DNA from: Ascidiella aspersa
Taxonomy: Eukaryota
Assembly: GCA_963924565.1 (NCBI GenBank)
Contig: OZ004615.1
Span: forward strand, 15,438,001-15,502,000
Direction: 5' to 3'
Length of the DNA stretch: 64,000 nt
Part shown: piece by piece, positions 50,901 to 62,900 of the stretch
Position numbering within the stretch: the first letter of the stretch is position 1
Layout: the number at the start of each line of letters is the position of its first letter
Translations under genes and position numbers: made by a program
Notes under the pieces: generated by a model
What the model saw: the letters and a program-made list of their open reading frames with translations, nothing else
Told to the model about the DNA's origin: nothing
Databases searched by the model: none

Positions 50901-53900
50901 ATATCGATACTTTTATTACTATTTTAAAGTAGGGTTGAGCATTTGACCAGTCAAATAATCGTCAAATAGGTCAAATATTGGTCAAATACTATACAGTATA
51001 CATACTATCAAAATGCAATTGAAGTTGAAAATCAAACCTGATTTTAGCTTTAAATAAATATATGAACGTTTTGGCTCAAGTACAATGGTTTGTAAAACAA
51101 AACAATCATTTTTTGACTATCAATAATAACTTTTGCAAAACCATGCTCATTTTGCAAGCAATACTATAGCAGTATTGTAGCAATTTTACCATTACTATAA
51201 CCACCAAGTTAAGCCAACACGCTGATTAACGAAATTTAACAACAAGTTAATGCATAAGTTAAAAATATTTTTACTCCTCGTCACAACTTTTTTCACTATC
51301 GGAATTTTCTAAATCATCCCCAGGGTCCTCTGGAGACAAGGGATTTGGTTCTTTTAAATTTTAAGTAGCGCAAGATTGTGGTATACCCTAACTAGTGTTT
51401 CCTTTTATGACAAACTCGATTTATCATATACATGCATTTATTCTAAACAAAATAAATCTACTTTGCTATTACATAAACTTTGTTATTACCACAGAACATG
51501 TGTTTGCATCAGGTAAACCCTACCATTTTATATTTGAATTCTTTAAAACAGTTACAATTAAGATTATTAAAAACGCAAATTACAAAACAACCCTTAAAAT
51601 ATTTACAACATTTGAATCCAATATGAGTATTTGACCGGTTAAATAAAGTGCGGTCAATTGACAGGCTTGCCAACCCTATTTTAAAGTGCTGTATTTTATT
51701 ACTTGCTTTAACAAGTTGTTTAATTGTGTTAGCTTTGGAAATTGAGGCACATTTACGACATTAAATAAAAACCTGAAATTAATAATTTGGTACGTGCCAA
51801 TACGATCCTATTTAAAACGAAAGCCTTAACAAGTCAATGTGGTAAGGTGGCTGTAGTGTATAGCCACTCAGTCACACCAAACTGGTTCTCAAAAAACACA
51901 ATAATAGTTTTCAGACTTACTCGTAGCCGGTCGCAACAACTTTCCGAAGAACCATTGTAAACCGTTAATTGAACTTGGTAGCCTCGCATGGAGCGAACTG
52001 TCCAACTACATCTGCGGTTCGAGGGGTAATTTAATGGGTAGCCTGGAGTAGTTAGAAGACGAGGGTTGAACGATGCGTCCGTATTAAAGCCACAATGATC
52101 TACAAAAGGAGTAGTTGTATAATAGTTTGAAAATAAAATATTATTTTTGGGGAATAATAGTTTGAAAATAAAATTATATATAGATGCTGCGTATAGTAAA
52201 GTCTAGTTGTGCTGTTTTGTATATTTACGACATACTAATAACATTTTGTATTATAAAAAAAGTAGAAATAATTGAAAAAATGCAGTGTTCAGAAAACAAA
52301 CCTATTTATTTTAATACAACATTCTTAATGTTTGTAATATTGGGAAGCTCGTCTTACCTAGAGCAGCCACTGGGGTTTCAGCAGTGTTAGTCACGCTATC
52401 TGTTGAATAAATGAAAAATGTTATTGTCAGATTAAGTTGTTTTTCATTTTGGGCGTGCACTTGTCTTTATAAAGTAATTTTCATGGCTGCCCCAAAATAA
52501 ATAGCGAAACATAAACAAAGGTCAATTGATCTGACCACTGAAGCAGCTTTCTTTGTAAGGGCAAGCATAACTTTTATTAATCTGCTTATAATTAATATTA
52601 AAAAAAAAAAAACTTACCTGTGGACGTTGAGGTTACAACTTCACTCGGGCGTACTAAAAAAGAGGTAGTAAATTAAAGGATAGCAGTATGTTAACGGTCT
52701 TGTGTTTATAGAATTAAAGTTGTTTAGACAATTTTTTGTGCATTTTTTAACGCCACGAGGTTAGGTTAAAATATTTCGACCAGCCCCAAAAGCATGCATA
52801 TTAGGATGTTTGCTGTTAAATTTCATTGGTATTATCCGTAACGACTAACCGTGTCCAGGCACAGTTCTCACTTATCGAGAAAGTTACATATAGTTGAGGT
52901 GCCGTATGTAGTAAAATGTAGATTAGCTAGAATTTTATATTTTTATGATATTTGTTTGAGTTTTGGCTTTAATTGTCGTACCAGCAGATATAATCGCATT
53001 GAATCCTTTTCGCTGTACCGATGTGTCAGTGAAAAAGATCATAGCTAGATTGTTAGAGGAAGAATAAAGAATGACCGGAGGCTTTTTATTGTCGGTTAAT
53101 TCTCCCTTCAGTTGGGAGATTCGTCGGTGGCTTTCCTCACGGCGCTCTGGCGAGTTGTAAAGCTGTTGCAACAACACCGAGATTAATACATTAAAACCAT
53201 TTTTTTCGTAACTAGCAGTAAGAAGTAAAGAAAAATTATTTTTTAAGAATCCAGTATAACAAAAGAAACAAATTGTTTGTAGACGTATCGTTTCCCAATT
53301 TTATTCATCAAAAATAGCTCATTTACGCAAATTTGTGGTACGTAGGTAAAGCTTAAGGCAGAAGAAACATGCGGAAATCGTATAAAATCTATTTGGGAAC
53401 CACTGGTATAGATTATTATCAATGGCGTAACACAACGTATTCGTAAGTTTTTATCGTGATGAAAGCATGACGTAAAAGCGCTGTGTTGAAGTCAATAGTG
53501 TCTTTATCGTTTTTTAAACCAAATCTTACCCTCATCCCATCACAGCAGGCCTCAGTCTCAAAGGTTTGAAACTCGATCTTGATAGCGTAACCAGGTGAGG
53601 TGGTTGCAACAAGCCAACAGTCCAAGCTGTTGTCATAATTCGACGGAAAGTTGTTCGACGTCACGGTAACATCTATCCCAGGAGTGACAACCAAGTCGTC
53701 GTCGACGCAAACTGCATGACGAAAGTTATCAGTAAAGATCAGTAGTTCGTACACCCGAAAAAGGTAATTTAATAATTTATTGTGATAATATTAGCAAGGA
53801 CACGAGATAGGTTGTCAAAACTTTTACCTGCCACGTCAATGCCAATTGTATCGTCAACGTAGCCCTATATGACAGTTAAAATAACTTAACTGATTTTTAT

Positions 53901-56900
53901 CAGGTATAAAATATATTGAATACTTACATGTCGCTACAGTTTGCGGTTTGGTGCCGTTCGAGTGTAAATCTGTGAGAATGAAGATAAGGAACAAATAATC
54001 AAAGCCTGTCTGAAACAGTTGTTCGGACAACTTTAAAAATCTCGACATATTAGTCTCAATAGTTATAATTCTTTTAGTTCGTTGTTTATGCAATATCGGT
54101 TCGGTGACATAAAACACTAAACTTGAGAATTAATTTGAATAAATAATATAAAATACCAAGCCCAGATCAAGAAATTCATTGTTCGAGTTCTCAATTATTT
54201 TGTTTCACTTTAACAAAACTAACTTAAACAGTTTTGTGCAATATTCCGTGTGTAAATCAAATTAAATTAACATCAATAAAAGTAGTAAACGTTTACAGTA
54301 AAAATTAAAAGGCACCAAGGTAAAAAGCCATTTTAACGGTTTCCAGTCCACTCATTGCGTACAATTAACAAAGTTTAAAAATTTGTGCAAACTCGCGACT
54401 CTTTACAACACTCAAAGATGGATATAAGCTTTATTTGGCAAGGATCCTGCCCCGGCTATAACACTATATCGAATCAACCAACCGACTGCTGTGTAGCGAA
54501 GCGAGAAGCCGGCGTATTGCACTGAGGAATCGGAAGTAAATTCAAGTTTCAGGAGATTGCTCTCGATGTTATCATACCGGGGACGAGGTCCCGAAGTCGG
54601 TATCAAGAGAACGTTCGGATCACTGGAGCCATTAGCTGGTTTGTAAATCTGAACGTATACATAAACGGCATAAACACTGAGCAGTGATAAGATTTTCGGG
54701 AAGTGAATTGTCTGTGCCATTTAAAAATACCACGCGCTTATTATCGAATTTCAACTTTCAAAACGATAGCTTATCGACCTCCATTACTTTAAAGTCTAAA
54801 GGTTTACAACAAAGGGAAAAAGTGATTTTGTAGATCAATAATTTAAGAAAAGCAATCTACATAGTAAGACAAAATACCACCAGTAAATATTCAAAATAAT
54901 ATTTGTGCCTTCAAGAAGAAAAACAGTCATTTTCCGACGATATTGCTCGTTCACTTAAATAATGTAAGAAAATCACTTTGTGCAAATATCGATAGCGTGA
55001 AAGCTCCGTTATTTAACACATTTTTGCGTACGAACGAACCTTTAGTTTGTCGCAGCAACCTTCGAACGCGAAAGTGGTAAACACGATGTCAATCTGGTAC
55101 CCGGATGGCGCCCGAATCCACCAGGTGCACTTGGCGTTGTTCGGGTATTGTCCCTCGGAAAACCCGGGTGACGTCAGCGTATTAGACGTTCCAGCAATGG
55201 CGGTAAGGTTGACAATTCCACAGACACCTGTTGTGACTAAAAAAATGTTATGCTTTTAATGAGTTTAGAACGTAATTTACGGTACTCTACAGTAGCACGG
55301 AGATTCCTCATATAGGAATTTGCATTGTGCTCCGAGTATTGTTCCAATTTCGTTCCGCGGAAACATAGTTTGTTTCAAAACTGCTAATTTTGTTCCGGGT
55401 TTAATATTCTGAACAAAATTGTTCCAAAATTTTGTGAGACGGAACGATATTTTTGTTAATGTTTGAAGCTATAAATAAACATATCACGGTTACCTGTCAA
55501 GACAAGAACTTCAAAACTTTTAAAATATCGTTTCTAAAAACATCGATATATATCTTTTATCTTTTGCTTAAGGAGTAATAATTAATTATCATGAAACCCT
55601 ATTTAATCATCCTCAATTACCTGCATAAAAACGTTGCATATTTAGGAATTTAATTAAAATGCTGACATTAACCATTATCACAATGGAGGAAAACAATGTA
55701 AAATACGACCGTTCGTTGGCACTTACCCGACTCCACTGTTGTTACGTCGGGTGTTGTTACGTCGGGCGTTTTTGAATCCGTAGCGGACGTAACAGTGCTG
55801 TACGTCACAGCGTTTGTTGACGTCATCGAATTGCTCGCTCTGGCGTCGTTGCACAGGTTCGTTTGGCAACAGGACATGTCGCAGGTCAATAAAACTATAC
55901 CTGGAATCGTGTTCACTAAGCTGCTGCAGTTTTGCTGCTCACAGGCTTGGCTGGGAACGCACATTCCAACTGCCATGTTCACGTCCAAATTATCTGCACG
56001 TAATAAATTGACGTGTGTAATAACTAACAAGCAACTGCTTACAAACAGTTTGTGCTCTAACAGCTGTATGAGCGGTTTAAGAAGTTGCGCTTACTAAATA
56101 ACCATGGAATTACTATTACGTTTAGAGAAATATTATGCTCGTCATTTCATAATTCATTACACAACATATTAGTTTTACCTTGAAAATTTTGTGTAGATCC
56201 GAAATATTTTTATCTGCATTCTTAAACATTGGTCCTTCAGGAAAAACTCTTATTCAGTTGGAAAAAAATATCCTAGCTTTACTTCAAACATGCCACTTGG
56301 TGATTAATAAGTAAACGGGCAGATATAACTTACTGCTTTCTCCCATAGGAATCATTGCTGTTGCGGTCAGTAGCAAACAGCTTTGTCCCGTACAGTCCAC
56401 TCTTGATGTTGTGTTTTGTATAGGTGTACCACTTTTGTCAGAGACTACCTGCATGCTCCAGCAACTCAAGCCACCTGAAAGCAATATATATTGAATTTAG
56501 AAAAACGATGGAAGGAATGACACACATAATTGATTTTTTAAAGAGGAAATATTATGCAATGTAAAAGTTACAAATTAAAGTAAATCTTGCGACATTTTCA
56601 AGTTCTCTTTTAAACGTGGATTTTTTACAAATTTTATCGTGATTAAAAAAAAACAAAAACACAATTGATGGAAAGACAAACAAATCATTTTATTTTTTCA
56701 GTGTTTTTTCTAGGGTCATTACATCAAAAAGCGCTGGCTTATTAAAAATCTTTGTAAATGGCCGTACTTTGTCTAATTCTAAATAGGATAATCAGGTGGC
56801 AATATATAAAGACGTGCCTGTGGATTTATTTGACTTTATTATTCTTATTGCCTTCTACTCGCCCTTGTGTTCTACATCTTGTGCATTTTACTTGCCTTCA

Positions 56901-59900
56901 TTTCTACTTTGACGTGATGAAGCACGGTTGTGCGTAAGAATCAATCAATTTGTCTTATATGGCCACCTGATTACCAGGTTTATTAAAAGGAAATGGCTCT
57001 ATACACTGTTGTTTTTTTAAGTTCATAGGCTCTATCTATACACCATAAACGTGTCCTCTGGTCAAAAAGTCGATACGGTAAATGTGATCCACTGTGCCTG
57101 TTCACATAGCCTTTGGAGGGTTAAACTTACCACCAGCTGTTGTGGCACTTTCAGGATTTGTTGAAGTTGCGTCTATTGGAGTAGTTTGCACAAATTCTTA
57201 AACAGTAAACAAACATAATATTCACTGTTACTATGAAAAAAATATATATGTAGCACATTGTTATTCGGAAAAAGTTGTTTACAAGTTTAGGCCTACCGAA
57301 TTTCTCAAAGCTCATAAAGAGGACAAAAGTACAATACAAATGAAGTAGATTTTATAATCTTGTTTTGGATAATTATGCGCATATACAGCGAAATTTACAG
57401 ACAAAAATAAATACAAAGCAGGCAATTTTATTTGGCAAATTCACACCCTAAATAGTTCGTGTTTTCTTTATTTTTTGAATTGGAAAAATGACTATATCTC
57501 ATGCTGTTGCTGGAAGGTGGTTTGAATTCAATTTGGCGCCATGCCAAATAGTGACATAAAGACACGATTCTGTTAAAACAAGTAAGCAAGCGCAAAAAAT
57601 ATAAATTAGTTTAATTTCCAGTGTTGAAGGACTATTCGTTATTATATGATAAAAAAGGTAGTCGACGTATGCCATGGTAGCCCTGCTTAAATTAGGACAA
57701 GCATAATATACCTTTAAGATAATACAATTGCACATCTACGTGGCCTTTACGGGTTTGAACTTACCATCAACTCTTGTTGTAGTTTCAGGATTTGTTGCAC
57801 TTTGGGGTATTGGAGTTGTATTTTGTGGCATTTCTGCAAAAGTGAACCAACGTATTACACCGTAACAATATCTATAATAATTTATCAATGCTATGTTGTG
57901 AAGTTTAGCAATTTTTCTGACCGAACAAATGTTACCTAAAAAATAAGATAATAATTTATTAGCAAGTGAGAAGAGGGGTTATGCACTATTGGCAATTCTC
58001 ATTTTTTATATCGTTTGTCAACGCGAGTGTTTCTTATACTGAGGCCCGTGATGAAGTTATAAGGTGTAATAAAGTTTTTTTTTTTTTGAACTTTCCTTGG
58101 TATAAAATATATGAGGTATTTCCTAGTTATTCCAACATGTGACAAAGTTTCAGAACTATTTTAGCCTCAGGCGTACTAAAAACAAATTACTGATATAATA
58201 AAACTGGTATATAGTCTATTTAAGATTTGACAATATACATAACATCCCACAGGGTTATTCATACTAAAATAAGCCAAAAAAATATCAGTAGAAAGGTGTT
58301 GATACATTTGGCTCTTGAAGGGTTACACACGATATTTTTTTTATTATAAGTTTACATTTTTACATATACTTTCGAAACTATTCATCACCAAATATATTAA
58401 AATAAAATTATGAAAATAAATAAAATATTTGTTGATCACGTTAATCTTAATAATACTTAAACATTACCAGCTGATACAATTCCTGTGAAACCAGCTCTGG
58501 ATACAGAAGAGTCGGAGGTGAATCGGATCGACAAGTAGTTGCGAATGGACCTCTTCACGAGACCGCCCTGTGCACTTCTAGAATTTTGGAGATCACCGCG
58601 CATCCTTTCGATTTGTTTATCACTATCTATTAGTGTAGCATTGGTGTCATAGAGCTGGAAAACAAAGTATGTTTTAACGGTAAGTTTTACAGCTAACAAA
58701 GCTTGTATGACGTAGTAACTCCTAAATAATCGATTAGAATTGATACCAATGCTGGAATTAGCAATCATGGTATGGTTTGGGTTTTGGGTATAGGCAAAAG
58801 GTAGTTTTTGGCCAATTCAGGTCTTACACCAGCGGGTTTTGGTCTTATACCGATTTAGACCTTATTCCCCTATGTTGATCTTATTCTAAACTGTGTTTTA
58901 TTCCGATGGGGATGTTATGATAATTCCGGTCTTATTACTGGAGTTCAAGTTTTACATAGCCAAACAACAAAAACGCACCAAAGAGCAAGAAAGCTATTCT
59001 TAGTTGCAATAATTGGCGTAATAAATCAATTCTCCGAAGTTGCAAACCAAGCCCGACTCCGATAACTTAAGTCAAGTTTGACCACCGAGTTCAGAGTCCG
59101 GCTGCCACTATACCACCGGTAGTCCTAATAGATAAACTAAAATATGGTGGATTTACAGCACTTCGCTCACAGGGGTGTCATATCACTTGTCCATCCACAA
59201 TATACTCACGTAAATTCCGTCGCAGCAACTCTCCGTGTTGAAAGAGCTGAAGTTAAGTTGAATCTGGTAACCAGTTGGTGCAGTAAAGATAATCCAACAA
59301 TGCGAGTTGGATGCGTAATTCGAGGGATAGTTTTGAGATCTCAATACGACATCTTGGCTAGGAGTGATGTGCACTGTTTGTTGATCGCTTTCGCAAACTG
59401 AACGAATCGTGTATTATATTATGTAATTTAGTACATAAATACACAAAGTGGACAATAAAACATTACCGTAAACAGACATGTTATTATCGACCATGCTAGG
59501 TAAAATAGTCAGTACAAAAAATCAGTGTATTTTTAACCCTTCATTTTTTAAGGTATATGAGTTTTCTTCTTTATTTAAAGACAATTGCAGATACATTTCT
59601 GAAATAATAGAGTATTTAATATATTTTACGATTAAACTCAAATGTTTGGATTAGTAAAACTACATTTTTTTTCGAAATACAGATTACTGCAAAATCAAAA
59701 CTTGTGGCCGTCGTGGTTACTGCAAATAAAAACAAAATAAAAGAATATTGTTATGCATGTTTAATTCAACTCGTTCTGTAATTTTGTTTTTTGTTTCAAT
59801 AAGCGCACGTTTATCATTAGGAAACGTTTTTGTAATCTCATAAACCTACAAGACGAATAACAATGAGCCAAACTAAAAAGCGTTTCAAAAATATAGGTTT

Positions 59901-62900
59901 CATTAAAGCAGGGGTTCCCAACCTGTGAGCCATGGGCCCCTAGGGGTAAACCAGCAATTAAGACATTGTCAGGGTAAAAACAAGCTCAACCATCACATTA
60001 ACTAAATATGTAATAACTAATTAATGTACTATGATGTTTATATCCTTTTATCATTATAACTGTCCGCTACTGTACATTCAAAATTTTGGAAAAATCAGGG
60101 GGCCATTGATTTGTCAAATTTTTCAAAGGGGGGCCATGGTGTAAAAAACGCTGGGAACCCCTGCATTAAATAAAGCGTCATAATGTAGCAAAGCTTAAAG
60201 CAAAAATAGTCTAGCCGTTATACTACGTGTAGTAGATAAGGGAAATTGGTCCTACTAGTCGGTTTCTATAGCGTTTGCTGGTTAAACTTACCATCAACTG
60301 TTGGTGTTGGTGTAGTGTCAGGATTCGGCAAAGTTGTGGTTATCGGAGTTTTTTCTACAAAAGTAAAGTATAATTTTCCACCTTAACTATGTACAGTAAT
60401 CGAATCATGTATATAAGTAGATTATTTATATTTAGGAAAAAAATATGTAACCTTAAGCTATGCCTACCATATTTCCAAATAGCTCAAATGGACAAAAACT
60501 ACAAAACAAATGGAGTTTTACTTTTAAAGAATTTTTTTTTATCTTTTTCGATAAGTAGACGCAATACGCATATACAGCAAAAAGACATGTAAACTAGTAA
60601 AATTTATTAGGCAGATTCACATCCTGAATACTTATGATTCGTTCAACCTTTTAATAGGGAGATAAATAGGCATAATGATACGATCTCAAGAAAAAATAAA
60701 AAATGATTAGAATCGATGCAACTCAACTTTGTCTCATGCCGAAGAGTCACATAAAAACATAACTCTGTTAAAACAAGAAACCCCAATTTAAAAAACAGGA
60801 CATTACCACATTTTCCAGTATTCTGGGAGGACCATTACATTTTTAGAAAAAACGAACAAGTTCTGTGAAAAGAGGATGAATTGTATGAGTATATTAGACA
60901 TTTTTGTCTCAATGTGCCCGTTTTTTCATAGTAATTAAAACCATGGGGTAAAAACGTTATACTACTGTGGTATTCGATCAGCACTGTCACACCCTCGTAT
61001 CCGACATTTTCTGATTATAAGGGAACAAAGATTAATTATTGTTTGGGATGGGATATTTAGATTTACTGTTACGTCATAACGTGACGTGAGAGAACAAATA
61101 ATCGTAAAAAAATTATTCGGTGAGTGAACTAGTGAACAACTATGCAGCCGAAATCTAAATTAATCACATAAAACGCCCTCTGGTGCCTTATATTTGCTTT
61201 AGCAAATCCGTCGCAATAAAATAAGCCTTGAAAGTAAACCAGAGTCTAATTAAATTTTTCTTGTAACAAAAAATCTATGAGGTTCTTTTAATTATCTAAT
61301 TTTTGGCAAAATTACTACACTATGTAAAAATGCTTCAGAACCATTCGCCGCACCCTTATTTAAACTGCTATAGCAAAACAGGTACATTGTCTACCCGTGA
61401 ATTTAGCGTGTAAGTAACAACCCAAGAGGTTATTCATACACTAAAAAAAAAAAATATTACAACTGCTCTTGTAAAGTTGTTTTGTTATGTTTTTGTTCAA
61501 TATATTTTTAGGTATTGTCTTGTATTATGAAAAAATATAAATATATAAAACAACTTCTCTTGTAAAGATACACACCAAAGTTTTGAAAATAAATATCGAG
61601 TTTTTTAATGTATATAAATATTGACGTATGATTTCGAAACACCATTCACCACTGTATAGCTTTAAAAATAAAAATATCAATAAATATAAAGAAATATTGT
61701 AAATAATGTCAGCCCAAACAACACTTAAAATATTACCTGCCGATGCAATTCCTGTAAAACCACGTCTGGATACAGAAGAATCAGAGGTGAATCGGACCGC
61801 TAAATAGTTGTGAGGGGACCTTCTTATGAGACCATTCTCTGCACTTCCAGCGTTTTGGAGATCACCGCGCATCCTTTCGATTTGGTAATTGCTATCTATT
61901 AGTGTGGTATTGGTGTCATAGAGCTGAAAAACAAAGTATGTTTTTAAGGGTAAGTTTAACAGTTAACCAAGGTTGGTCGACGGGTTACATCAGGGGTTCT
62001 TAAACTGGGGTACATGGACCCCTTGGGGGTCCGTGAACTAATCTTAAGGGGTCCATAAAGGCCAAATTGAAATATTAGTGTATATTTTAGGAAGCAATCA
62101 ATTTTTAAGAAAATAGATTAATTAAAAATAGGGTCCGCGGTAAAAAAAGTTTATGAACCCCTGGGTTAGATATTTAGTATGGGTTAAAATTATTATATAG
62201 ATAGGGGTGGGTTAGGGGCAGTGGTGGGATTCAGCCGGTTCGCACCGGTTCTATAGAACCGTCTCACGAAATTTATGAGATCAGCAAACCGGTTAGCACT
62301 ACTGGTTACTGTCAATGGATTTTTGCAACTTATTTCATATTGTTTTTTTGAGATCCAAGCGGCTTACTAGTTTTTTTTAAAATGTGCAATGGTCAAGGTT
62401 GCACATAACAGTCATACATTTTGTTAATTTTTATAATTGTAGTAATTTTCCTTTTGTGATAGGTTGTCTGAAAATTTAATTGTTGCCTCATAAGTACAAG
62501 TCATGAGACGACTGCTGTTGTTATGTGTGGCTGTTAGCAGTGATTTGATTCAGCCTGTTCGCAGTTTGCTACATTCGCTGGAAGCTAGTTGCATCTTGTT
62601 CTTGCAACTACTTTAATTATTTCCCGGAAAATATGACTTTTTGTAACGGAAGCGGCTTAAATATATAACTTTTGTGATGGAACCGGCTGACAAAAAATTT
62701 GAATCCCATCAGTGGTTAGGGGGTAGGCAAAATATTGTTCATTTGTTTTACTGACAATTAAGGTCCTATCCTGACGGGTTTAGGTTTTATTAGGTGTAAG
62801 AGCTGTTTTGATTTTATTTCGAAGGGTGTTTTTTTTTATTCCGACAATTGTGTTATTCGGCTAAATTTTCCGATTACATCGTGTCCAGAGTCAGGCTCCG

